64,000 nt of DNA from Camelus dromedarius (Eukaryota). The translations under genes and the position numbers were made by a program. The notes beneath the pieces are model-generated. The model saw only the letters and a program-made list of their open reading frames with translations, did no database searches and was not told the DNA's origin. The stretch's first letter is position 1. Each line of letters begins with the position of its first letter. The stretch lies in contig NC_087436.1 of NCBI RefSeq assembly GCF_036321535.1, positions 93,124,001-93,188,000 on the forward strand, read 5' to 3'. Shown piece by piece: positions 11,027 through 23,039 of this stretch.

Positions 11027-13557
11027 TTACATGACTTTTATAACGTGCTTTCCTTTCTCTCTTGAATGACCTTAAGGGAAGTCTACTGTGAAGCTTCAAT
11101 ATATTCTACTTTGTTTTTCAATAATTACAACTCTCTGAACAGCTAGTATATTTCAGAAATACTAACTTTCATGACAACCCTGCAAGATCAGAATTATGAT
11201 GCCCATTTTGCAGACAGGATGTTGAGGTTTCTGCTTCCAGTCATCTGAACTTAGGTAAAGTAAGTGACTTTAAGTGACCGACTCTGGCTTTCTGGCTTGA
11301 TATTCATGGGGAGGTTTGGCACTTTTCATTTTTTCTGAGTCATTCATAGATGAGTTATCTTGGGAAGAAAGGGTTGCTCAGTGGGCCCAGCTCAGTGCTT
11401 TACTTAGAAGGAATACAGTCCAATGTGAAACAAGAAATGCCAAGCCCTGCCTCCAACCTGGCAACGCCGTCCCAAAACAAGTAAGGCTATCTTTGTAGGA
11501 GAGACTGTGGGCTCTAGACAGGTGAGGGGAAAGAAAAGCCCTTGTCTCAAAGTTTCTAAGGCTTACATATTTCAAAGTGAATGAGATAATGATTTAAACT
11601 AAGGAAGAGCTGGCATTTCTTTCACCTCCTTTTAACTTGGCAACACACAAACAATTAGCTCAGATTGGCAGTCAATTTGCTCTATTGAAAGAAACCAGGC
11701 TCTCCAGAAAAGCCTGTTAGGTCTCCTGGGACTATCACGGGCATCACCAGAAACCTCCCTGTTCGCCCAGGGTCCAAACAGGGCGGTTCCATTCAGAGTC
11801 ACAGAGGTTCATGCAAGTTATGTGTCTGCCGGGTCCCTGATCCCCAAGAATCTGTGCGGCAACAATCAGCGACCCAGGCATCTGGTAAAGGTGGGGTACA
11901 GAGGAATACGTGTCTGGCACTTAGCTGCATCTGCTCTTCCTCTAAAGGTTTCTAAAATGTCTATTGTTCCTTGGAGGGGTTTTTTTTTCCCTCTGTAATT
12001 AATTACTATGTGGTTGAGAAGATCCACAGACTCGCAGAAAAGACTGAGTGCTGAAACATATGAAAACAATTAGAAAAGAAGTCCAATCACATGAAACCTA
12101 TAATTCAGTTAAAAAAAAAAAGTTTACTTTTCCAATGGGAAACACCAAGTCAGGGAACTCAAATCTCCATGGCATTTTAATTCAGGGGAAGTGAATCTTG
12201 GTTCTTATTTTATCCTCTTAAACACAGAAATCTTGGCTTCTTTGGCAGAGTCTCATACTGGGGGGAAGGGAGTGTAATTAGGCTAACTTAAATCATAAAC
12301 TAAAGTAGAAGAAAAAGTACTTTATATACTTTTGACTTCAATGGCAACTTTAATAAATATTAACTCCACATATTTATTAAGAAGACCTACTTTCTGTCCC
12401 TTGGTGCTAAGATACCCCCTAATATATTCTTGGACAAGAAGCTTGGGACTTCTAGGCTCCTAAACTCATGTGAAATTGGAATAACATGCATTTTTGCTCC
12501 TTTTTATATATTGTATTAAAAATAATTCAAGGAGGTGTTTGAGAATACTTGGGACACATCGACAACCAAAAGCCAGCCTGCAAACGTGAAGCCTTATTCT
12601 TCGTCTATATGCCGGCCTTCCTCGCCTAGGGCTCATACTCTCACCATCTCTGCAAACACAGACTTTCCCAGCTAAGAAATGGGCCCCAGGAAATATCTGG
12701 GGCCCCTTGTTGGGTTCCAAGATGTGGTGGCCAGAATTCATCTGGATGGCAAAGATAGGAGACTGAAGTTAAAATGCTTTAAGAGACATCAGCACATTTA
12801 AATGTTTTATATTATTTTCCAGACACCAAGAATCTTTTTCTTCTTCATGATATGCATTTCATTCCAGTTAAGCTACTTTCTGCCACATGAAAAGCAGGAT
12901 CCCAAATGTGGATAAACTTAGAATGACTCTCAACTCTCTTGTGGGCTGCAAAAAGTAAGTGACAAAGACACAGACAAGCCAGGCTAGTACCATGTATGTG
13001 TAAAACTTTTATGAGAGAGCAGCAAATGAGAAGTCTGTCCAACCAAGGAATTCTGGGTGTTCGGAGCAGCTGTGTTGTGTTGCTATTGGGGACGTTCTGG
13101 GGGAACATGCATGATTTTCCTGAACGCCGTTTTCAACGTTAAGTCAGTAGCTCTAAGATGTGACACTAACTGACATTAGCAGACATGAACTGACCTGCAA
13201 ATCTTTGCTTAATAGAGCTAATGTGGACAAAATATGTAAAAATTAAGCCAAATAAGAGGAACAAGGGCAGGAGTAAAAATTACCACACAAATATGCTATT
13301 CGTCAATTAGAACTACATATGTCAATTAACCATGATTCTAGGTTTTTACACAGACGGGGAGTTGCCATAAAAGACTGCACAGTTTAATTAGAAAATAAAT
13401 CCCCTTGTTACTGAAGAGGCACAGTACACTCATGGAAACCCCAGCCTTTATCAGTCTCTTCTCTCTTCCTGTCTTTACGTCACCATGATTCCTGGGTGTG
13501 CTGAATACTCTTAAAGTATCTCCTCACTTGTCTCCCCTTGCTCTTTTGGATACTCTA

Positions 13558-14125
13558 AAAGATGGTACAGAGGTTCCTCAAAAAGTCAAAAATAGAGCTA
13601 CTGTGTGATCTAGCAATCCCACTTCTGGGTATATATCCAAAAGAGTGGAAACCAGGGTCCCAGAGAGATCTTAGCACTCCCGTTTTATTGCATTGTTATT
13701 CATAATAGCCAAGATGTGGAAACAACCTCAGTGTCTGTCAAGGGATGAGTGGATAAGGGTAAGGTGGCCTATACATAGAGTGGAATATTATTCGTCCTTA
13801 AAAAGAAGTAAATTCTGTAAGATGTGACAACATGGATGAACCTTGAGGACGTTAATCTAAGTGAAATAAGCCAGTCACAGCAAGAAAAATGCTGCATGAT
13901 TCAGCTTTTACACGAAGTAGCTAAAACACTCAAATACACAGAATCCAAGGCGGAATGGTGGCTGCCAGGGGCTGAGGGAGGCATAAAGTTTCAGGTAAGC
14001 AGGAGGAATAAACACTAAAGACTCGGTGTACAACACTGTATCTGTAATACTACACTGTACAGTTAAAGGCTTGTTCAGAGTGTAGCTCTCAGGCCAGGTG
14101 TTCTTACCACAATATTTTTTTTAAT
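13558..14125 (+). mobile_element. L1 3' fragment (late L1MA/L1MB-like)
   Basis: Typical L1 ORF2-end/3'UTR text: gatctagcaatcccacttctgggtatatatccaaaag; acaacatggatgaaccttgaggac; aagtgaaataagccagtcacag. Confidence 0.9.
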
Positions 14126-15885
14126 GAAAAAATAAGTGGCAAAGGATATGAGGGAATTTGTAGAAGAAACTGGAGTAGCCATTACATATGACATGATATT
14201 CAAAAGTGTTAGTAATTATGGAAAAATCAATTTCTTAAAATGGGATTTTAAAAATCAAGGGGATTGGCGATTTTTGAAAATAACAAGAAAACAAGAAAAA
14301 ATACATCATAAAGATGATGGCATCTTGGGTCAGTTTTAAAGACGTCACGGATGTGATAAAAATGAAGGTGTGTGTATCAAGGATATTAAGATTAAAGTTT
14401 TTTTGTAAATTCATACATTTGTCTATATCACTTATCACTTGCTTCCATTGTGCCTTAAATTTGAAAATAGAAGCAGGAAAAGTCTGAAAAATTTTGATAA
14501 GAGAATATACTTCATTTTTGTATTCCTAGCATCTTTGCTCTCTGATACAATAGATGCTTAAATGATGTAGAAAAAGCAAATGTCTGACAAGGTCTCTGAA
14601 CCCAAATTGAAAGAATATTTGGATGTATTTCTGTTTTTAAGATTCTATGATATTACTCCTCATTATTTCAGAAACTCAGAGTGAGGTTTACAACACAAGC
14701 ACAATTTTATGTTTGAGCTTTCTGGAAGCACATACATGTTTAAGACCGACATGCCTATCTGTGGGATACCACAGACAGGAAGAAGTATATCCTTGGGTTT
14801 TTTTTTTTTTTTTAATCAATACAAAACTACTCTAAGATTAAATCCATATAAGTCAGAGCTGGAACTTTCAGTGAAGACCGAGACCACAGCAATAACCACA
14901 CAGGGAGTTGTACAGAGAAACGGAAGACCTTCCGTCAGATGTGTGGGAGGCAGCTGTGGGGCTGTGGTCAGAACATCTGAATCTGGCCACCAGGTCAGTG
15001 GTAACCAGCTCTGAGACTGCCAAGTAACTTACTTTCACCAGTCCTCAGTTTACTGTGCTTGAAAATGGGTATGTCACCCACATTTCAGGATTAAATGGAA
15101 CAGAAAGGGGTACAGGAATTTCAGTTGTCAAACTGTTATAAATTCCAGTTTGCCAAATAAATTTTGGTCTCACTTTTATTTGTTAGGATCTTTGTGGTTA
15201 TTATGTGAGAAAAAATAATCAGCTTCCCAAAACACTACACAGAACTGCAGAACTATAGTTCTCTGTGACTTTGATTGCTGAAGGTCTCCATCTCACACGT
15301 AATATGAGGCCACCAGGACTGTATACTAGTGCCTTTGTTACAATTAAGAGAAGTAATTACTCCATTCTTTGTTTTTGGATCAACATGCTTTAGAAAATGA
15401 GTCAAATAAACCTAATCTTACTTACTAGTCCCTTGGGACAGAGAAAGTAAGTGGATTTTTGTAAGCCAGCCACTCTTTCTAAAGAGAGTGCTCCCCATTC
15501 CAAAGGAACTCTTTTCAAGTGACGTGTAAAGTAAGATAAGAGCCATTTAGGAGTAGTGTGAAAATTAACAAGCCACAAACAATTGAAAAATAAGATGTTA
15601 TTGCTAGGTAAATCCTGCAGCCCGCAAATGACCGACCACACAAACTGACTAGGACAAAGTCTACTCAAGCAGCACGAAGCTCACTCATCATCTCCATTCA
15701 CAATAAACAAATACTCAATGGAGACAGGCCCGAAGGCAAAGACTATTAGCTATGCCTCTTTGCTCCAAGTAGGAAATAATGATGCAACGGGTAAAGCAGG
15801 AAGTGGGAGAACAAGATGGAAACTCCATCACATCAGACAGATTCCAAACCCCCAGGCATGCACGAAGCCAGCCAGGCCAGCCCTT

Positions 15886-16017
15886 NNNNNNNNNNNNNNN
15901 NNNNNNNNNNNNNNNNNNNNNNNNNNNNNNNNNNNNNNNNNNNNNNNNNNNNNNNNNNNNNNNNNNNNNNNNNNNNNNNNNNNNNNNNNNNNNNNNNNNN
16001 NNNNNNNNNNNNNNNNN
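15886..16017. other. assembly gap, 132 N (hides the end of exon A)
   Basis: N run. Confidence 1.
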
Positions 16018-16168
16018 ACCCTCGGGAGGAGGCTGCTCCTTACCACTGCCATTGGGAGATTCTGACCCACCTTCAGGAGGCTTCCCACCAGGGTCCATCT
16101 GGCCGACAGGGTCCTCTTCACAAGGAGACCCCACTTCACTTGCCTCTTCCTCTATTGTTTCAGGATAG
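15902..16168 (-). CDS. LIMCH1: LIMCH1 cassette exon A; the donor end lies in the N gap and 15902 is inferred
   Basis: Acceptor ctcactag|CTATCCTGAAACA. It translates (S)YPETIEEEASEVGSPCEEDPVGQMDPGGKPPEGGSESPNGSGKEQPPPEG up to the gap at 16017 and resembles the recalled human long isoform. The end is estimated from the recalled remaining 38 aa. Confidence 0.82.
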
Positions 16169-16544
16169 CTAGTGAGTTGGACAACATAAGGGACCAAACT
16201 AACAGACTGGGCTGGGGAGCAGATCACATGTCATCTCCTGCTCATCCTGATATTACTTCCACTTAAAAAAATAAAGGGGGTCATAGAATGCAATACGGTC
16301 CTGGTGACAGGAAGAAAATGAAATGCACCCGTGTGTTGATTAACACAAGGCATCATTATCTCGACACTGACTAAGAGCTCTGGCAGAAAGGTAGGATCCA
16401 TGTTTTGTTCAAGAATTATAGCTTTTAATAAAATGTTTACTCCATGGAAAACCATAGATATACAGGTGGACTCCAAGGAATAACCATACAATGATCAGGG
16501 TGGTTTTGCTAACAGGATTAGAGCAGACTCTAAGTTTCTTTTAT

Positions 16545-16660
16545 TGGACTATAAGTTTCTTGAAGGCAGGGACTCTATCTTATTTACCTTTGGGTCCCCA
16601 AAGCCTAAAAGCACCCAGCACATAGTAGATGATCAATAAATACATACTTGATGAATAAAT
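16545..16660 (+). mobile_element. L2 3' end
   Basis: actataagtttcttgaaggcagggac...gcacatagtagatgatcaataaatac...ttgatgaataaat. Confidence 0.8.
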
Positions 16661-17166
16661 ATGAAAACATAATCGGAGATTAGAGAGAAATTCTGCTTGT
16701 TTCTCTGAAGAGTTGAGAAGTCTAATATGTCTTCCATTTTATTATGACTGTTTTGACACGTGACTCTTAAGCATGTTCACGCATCCATTCCACAATGCTT
16801 GAGCTTAAATCTTGATAAGCTTGCATCTAGATGAAAAGGTCTTACTGCATCTAATCTAACAAGAGTGGGAGTCCAACAGTCTCCCGAGAAGGACGTGGAT
16901 GACAGATCTGTTCTCAGTGTCCTGTCAATAGAGCTGGTTTCAAAAATCTGCTCGTTAAACAAGTATTTGTTGAATACCTACTGTGTGCCGGGCACTGTTC
17001 TCAGTGCCTTCACGAAGCTTATATCCTATCATGACAATCTCTCTCCGAAGATCCATCCTGCCCATCTCCATCTGTAACCTCACACCAAAGTTCTAAATGG
17101 CTATTTGAGCTCATTCGTGCTCCTGTAGCACCAGCCATGATGGCAGCCGCGCAGCCCAGGCCTTAC

Positions 17167-17419
17167 CTGAAGGGCCTCTCCCCTCCCAGGGGGGAGGTGG
17201 CAGTGCTCCAGCTCTTCCGATATTCCTCTCGCTCTGCTTTCTTCTTCCTCAGCGGCGCGGGGACGTAGGCCGTCTGGTTGCTTTTGTTGGGGAGGTACTG
17301 GTTGAAAGGCACTGCGGACTTCGGCTCACCGTGGGAAGTCCGCCTCGCAGACATGTCATCCTTCTTCACATCTGGCAGCTTCCGATGTGGCAAGTCAGGT
17401 TCAGAGTCGCTTCCTCTCC
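17167..17419 (-). CDS. LIMCH1: LIMCH1 coding exon (approx. exon 8; start of the DUF4757-type region), 253 nt, phase 1 to 2
   Basis: tcttcccag|GGAGAGGAAGC...TTCAG|gtaagg translates [84 protein letters not shown]. It overlaps ORF 17163..17393. Confidence 0.97.
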
Positions 17420-18016
17420 CTGGGAAGAGAGAGGATGGGTGCTGAGAAAGTGTGCTGGGCTAGCCATCAAGTTCCAGATGGCAAGTCTGCAGTGTTGGGG
17501 ATGTGGTTAAATCTGTGGGTTCCGGGGATTATTGCCTTAAATTATTCACTTAATAAATCTAAAGTATCAGGCTAAATTAGTCTATTCTGGGAAAAACTCT
17601 CAATTCTAATCAGGAAAAAAAAAAAAAGTCAAATTAAAAAAAAAAAAAAAAGTAAGCCTGGTTGTAGCCAAGGGTTACAATTAGCAACACAGCTGCAATA
17701 GAACTACACACCCCATTCAGATCCTGCAACTCTCAAAAGGAAAAACGTGAACCTACCAGTGGAGTGTTTACTCGGCACCTGTCGCTGCATGTCTTACACC
17801 GTGCTAGATAGTCTGACACATAAGAATTCTAAAGGATTTGTAATCCTTTGTCTTTGAGATACTTTTAACAGACTCATGAAACACCTGGAGAATATTAGTT
17901 ATAATCAAGAAGCACAGACACAGAAGAACTACAGGAATTTAGAAAAATGATCAATACGGATTACACCAAGGGCTTGCCTTCCAGGGAGTGGCTTCACTTA
18001 TAATAAATGCATATTC

Positions 18017-18159
18017 GGGGGAGGCTATAGCTCAGTATTAGAGGCTGTGCTTAGCATGCACGAGGTACTGGGTTCAACCCCCAGTGCCCCTGTTGAAAAA
18101 CAAACAAATAAATAAACCTAATTACACCCCCCACAAAAAACTTAATTAAAAATAAATAA
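18017..18159 (+). mobile_element. tRNA-derived SINE, camelid Vic-1-like
   Basis: ggggaggctatagctcagt...gggttcaacccccagt followed by an A-rich tail. It is the same family as 10880-11026, with a 14-bp TSD ataaatgcatattc / ataaacacatattc. Confidence 0.9.
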
Positions 18160-18704
18160 ATAAACACATATTCCTCTACATCGGAGCCCTTCCTGGTAGT
18201 CAGAGCTGGAGGCAATCTTTTTTGCCTGTGAACACTATGGCCCGATGATCTAGTTTTTCTTTCTGGTACATTATGCTTTCTACCTTGTACTTTGAGAACA
18301 GGGGCTTTACATCTTCCATGGTACTTATCACAGTATCTCTGCCCACAGTGGGCATCCTCAAATGAGCTGATGAATCACTGAATTCGTTTGGCTTACAGAG
18401 TGTTTTAGACAATGCAAAGGAATTCAGTGTTGCCAACATCAGTCTTTTGTTGGGCAATAGCCCCACTACTTATACTGCATCCTTGTTTCCTGAATCTCAT
18501 CTCATCAGATTGCTAACATCCATTAGAGCGAAGCTGTCATGAAAACACATACTACCATTACAGGCAGCCGCCATTTGAATGCTGATTGAAAGCTTTTAAT
18601 CAATGAGAGCATTATGAATAGGTTATTCAACTCGGTTGACAGCAAATACAAAATGACCTATTTACATTTGTGAAAAGAACCTTAAACTGAGTCAAGACAT
18701 GTGG

Positions 18705-18945
18705 TCGCTTAGCAGGGTGCGTAGTGCAGGGGGCTTAAGTCAGACACACTTGATTTTGAGTTCTGCCTCTCACCAGCTATGCTACTTTGACATTTGTCAC
18801 CTGGCCACTCCAAGCCCCAGTTTCCCAACCTATAAAAGTGAGGATAATAATATCACCTACTTCGCAGGGCTGTTGGGAGGATGAGATACATGTAGAGCTA
18901 TTGGTGGAGTACTTGGCCCAGAGTAATTGCCTAACAAGCGCTGAC
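18705..18945 (+). mobile_element. MIR
   Basis: ccccagtttcccaacctataaaagtgaggataataatatcacctacttcgcagggctgttg. Confidence 0.75.
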
Positions 18946-19086
18946 TAGTTCTGGTATCTGATCTGTCACTCATGAGTTGTGGGCGCCCAGGTTTGTCTCT
19001 AATACACTTGCCTGTCCTTTTCTGCAAAAATAGGAATGAAATGACTTGCCCTGGAGATTAAATGATTTGATGGCTTTAAAAAGACT

Positions 19087-19218
19087 NNNNNNNNNNNNNN
19101 NNNNNNNNNNNNNNNNNNNNNNNNNNNNNNNNNNNNNNNNNNNNNNNNNNNNNNNNNNNNNNNNNNNNNNNNNNNNNNNNNNNNNNNNNNNNNNNNNNNN
19201 NNNNNNNNNNNNNNNNNN
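19087..19218. other. assembly gap, 132 N
   Basis: N run. Confidence 1.
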
Positions 19219-19834
19219 TTTGATTCATAACTTAGCTCCCTTCCCACCCCAAGCCTTTTATCAGGTACATCTGTCTTGGTGTCATAATAAAATATTTAGA
19301 GCCCCCATGTGTATTGCCTTATAAACAACCTTACCTTGACAAGAGCTTGGATTTGTTTTCTGTTTGATATTATCCCCATTTTACAGAGGTGGAAACAGAG
19401 GTTCAGAGAAGCCAAAAGAGCCCTTCCTCCACGGTTGGTAAGTAACAGCTCAAGACTCCAATTTCTCCAGACTCCAGGCCAACATTTCCCTGTGACACAC
19501 TTCTCTTGAAAAATGTCCTTTGCTTAAAGCATCCTGACCAGTGGAAGGACTGCACTTTACTGAATAAATGAATGCAAGAAAATGATTCTTCAATCAACCA
19601 TGAAGGCTGAGTCGTGGATTAGAGTTGTCTCAGTTCCCTTGGTTCTAAAAATCCTATAATCTATGAAATTTATCTGTGTATAATATCCAAAAATATATTA
19701 TCCATAATATATTGTGTGAGAGTCTCAAAATAGGTTGTTTAACACACAAACTGATCACCTTTTTTCCCCCCAATTACTCTTAGTGAATGTCTTCAACAGA
19801 CACTTCAAGAAAAGTTACATTTGCAGATGCCCTG

Positions 19835-20050
19835 AGGCAGAGTGGCTCAGCTACAAGAGGAGTAGCCCGCTGGACTAGGGTCTAATTTCAGCTCCAGCTT
19901 CTACTAGCTGTGTAATTGCTGTGAAATTTAAGTCCTGTGTACCTCCAGGTCCTCACTGGAAACGAGGAGATGATAATACAGCTCATAAGTTGTCAAGGGG
20001 ATTAAAGTAGCTGGCATAAAGCACCCAAGTAGTGGCTGGTGCAATCCGCT
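19835..20050 (+). mobile_element. MIR
   Basis: ttctactagctgtgtaattg...aaacgaggagatgataatacagctcataagttgtcaaggggattaaa. Confidence 0.7.
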
Positions 20051-21609
20051 TTCCAAAAGTGTTGGAACGCTTCTTATCTCAGGCCAAGAATTTGAAGGAT
20101 TTTGACTTCCTCCTGAAAACATGAAAACGTACTAGGGTGGCTTCTCCATCTATGCCCAACATTGCACATGGTGATAAAGACACCCTTTTATCAAAGTCTG
20201 ACCCCTCCTTTCCCCAGGGCTACGTGTCTCTCCCTTCCAGCAGTAGGGGTCTTTCTTTTTAACGTATCTTGGCCACATACACCGCCATCCTTTGCTTTTC
20301 CACCTTCCTCTAGCACTTTAATTTCTCTCATTTCTTATTTCTCTCCCTTATCTCATCATTTATATAAAAGATAAGAATACTCATTTAACAAAATGCATTA
20401 TGTTCATAACATACATTCTTAATTTTGAAAGTACCTGAGTGGAAGGTTTTTGTACCTCCTCTTCAGTGAAGCCCATTAGTGGCGTCAGAAGGAACGCCAG
20501 TGAAGGTGAAGGAGGAACGGGGCACCTATCTAGCAAGACGGACTGGTTGAATGGACCCTGGGACTCACAGCCTCCCTACCAGATGGCTCTCATGTCAACC
20601 CACAGAGTCACGGCACTCCCTGATGTGACTCTCGGTTGTCCCTATTGAATGCGTGAGTGGGCCTCCATAAAAATAAAATGAAAACTCTCCATACTGACCC
20701 AATAATAGAACTGGAAAATTTCATGGTGAGACTTTCCCTAATTGATTGTGAATCCTAGAAAATAAATTTTCAATAATTAAAAAAAAAAGTTCTTCTAAAT
20801 TTGGAAGTGTTTACTAGGACTAGCAATCTTCTTGATTATCATCTCTTAAAAATATACCATAAACTAACGAAATATAACATCTATTTGGATAAAATTATCT
20901 CACTTTTTTCTAAGGCAGATTTTTAAAAAAGTGTTGTTTTTCTTTAAAACCTCATTACATCTTGATTAGTTTACCAAAACATAAGCCTGAAGGTATCAGG
21001 CTGATTGGGGCAAACTCTGTGTTTCATGGATGGTGTTCTGTGAAGCTCAATTTCATGTTTTACTTTACACGGAAAAAAACGGTTATGAAAAGACTCTTAA
21101 CTTATCATCTTAATTGCAGTGAAATTGTGCCTCAGCACATATTAGTACAATATTAGTAACGACCACCTCAAATGCCTTCAAGATGTGGCTCATTATAAAC
21201 TCTGAACCCCTCAAAGCTAGTGACAGAATAAATAAAGGATCTATATTACTGGTTATTAAAAACTAGGATGAGACAATAATAATTTTTAAAAACAATCAAA
21301 ATAACATAGATGAAGCAGTTTGGTTAAGATATGTTTTATAACAGTAAATCTCCCTTTCAGTTATGTTAAAGCTCGGTTAGATCATGCAGTTGGTATTGAA
21401 ACTTCTAATACTGTGGGTGGTACTCAAGACGTCGTGTAAAATTTTAGAAATGTTTTTCAAGCAGTTCACAATGCACCATAGAATTCTTTAGGAGTCACAT
21501 ACTACGTTGCCCTGAGGCTAATCTATTTGTTGGAAAGTTTAAGTACCAAACAAAAGCATTAGTTCAGTCATTGTAGAATTTGAAAAATCTACTAGCCAAA
21601 CAGAAAGAA

Positions 21610-21910
21610 GTGTGGGTAAATGAGCCTTAAGGGCATAAGTTTTGGACTCACTTTTTGAGACTAACATTGTTACATTACTTACTGACTGAACTTGGGCACT
21701 TAACAATGTTAGGATGATTACTGAACGTCTTCAAGATTCATCCGTAAAATATTCATCTGTAAAATATGGATAAGAAGTGTTTCACAGCCCTGTGAGAGGT
21801 CTAAGTAAGATACTGAGCATCTCATCCTCTGTGCTGAGGATTAAATGAGATACCAGGGGTCGAGTACTTAACTCAGGACCAGGGCACATTAAATACCCAA
21901 GTATTTTGGT
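21610..21910 (+). mobile_element. MIR
   Basis: ttcatctgtaaaatatggataag...ttcacagccctgtgagagg...gaggattaaatgagata. Confidence 0.7.
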
Positions 21911-22843
21911 AACATAGCATTTTATAGCTGAAAGGGATCTTTTAGCTATAAAAGATAATTTTCATCTCAGACAGACGGCTTAAAGTGTCTAGAAATATTA
22001 GCTTCGGTCAAGCAATACATTAAAAAGAAATAGAAACAAATAAAAAAGTTCCCCACCAGGCTTAGCCTCTTTCTGCAAGTTGATACACACAGAGCCAAAC
22101 CACTGTCCTTTCTTAAAGCACAAAGGTGCAAGATAAGTAAAGTAAACAGCTTCTGGAAAATCTGCACTAAATTTACATCAGGTTGCATGACTATACATTT
22201 TTGTAAAGGCAAATGACCATTCCTTTCAGGTGAGATAAAATCCATGGGATTTAAATTAAATCCAGCCACAGAAAAACAGGCAGTCTGGGTTGTGTTCTAT
22301 ACATTAGTGGCCACCTGCATCGCTCTGGCCAGTGGTCAGGGATCATAAGCATTGAACAGATTGCCCAAACCGTGCCAATTAAAGTTTCACAATCCCAAGC
22401 TTCAGAGCTTTCATAAGTGTGTGCAGGGTGTTTCCAGTTTGCTGGAAGTTGATCTATTTTCACTTATACAGTGTGATACTCACTCAAACATTTCCCTTCC
22501 TCATACCTGGAGCACATAAACCTTCAGCACACTCTATGAGCTAATGGTCTGCACAGCGTCTGGATTCACTGAGACCAACGGAGGAATGATGTAACACATT
22601 TTCCAACAGAAGATACGCTCACTGAGGCAAGGTTCAAACAAACTGCTGGCAAAGCCAACCAAAACTCTGAGGATCACGAAAAACAACATTAAGAGATATT
22701 TTTTCTACCAGTTTAGAGTTCCCAGGTTCCACCAAGGTGGGTATGAAGTCCGCCCTCCCAGTGCCAATCTCTCGGCCGGTGACAAGGCAGCTCTTGTTAA
22801 CATTTAATTCTAAGATGTGCAGTTCATTAAGGCTCAAACCTAC

Positions 22844-23039
22844 CATCACTGCTTCCCCTGAGGACTACATCTGGAGAAGGTGTCTGCCGGGAACGGGAGC
22901 CAAAGGAATCCAGGCTGTCGAAGGAGTCATCTCTGCCGTGTCGAGGGGGAGAGAGGGAGTCGCTGCGCTCGGAATCCCAGCAGTCGATGTAGCCACTGTC
23001 TCGAATACTACGTTTAGGACTCTCAATGTCATCAGTCTC
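22844..23039 (-). CDS. LIMCH1: LIMCH1 coding exon (approx. exon 7), 196 nt, phase 0 to 1
   Basis: ttttcaaacag|GAGACTGAT...AGTGATG|gtaggt translates [65 protein letters not shown]. Confidence 0.97.

Noticed and set aside
12560-12660. Possible extra cassette exon (gtttgcag|AGATGGTGAG..., RDGESMSPRRGRPAY...)
   Set aside because: I found no convincing phase-2 donor and no match to the recalled long isoform, and exons A and B already join without it.
18200-18466. Minus-strand ORF with an RRM-looking stretch (EDVKPLFSKYKVESI)
   Set aside because: It lacks the Gly and RNP1 aromatic pattern, and there is no poly-A/TSD or recognisable parent gene. A tBLASTn hit would be needed to revive it.
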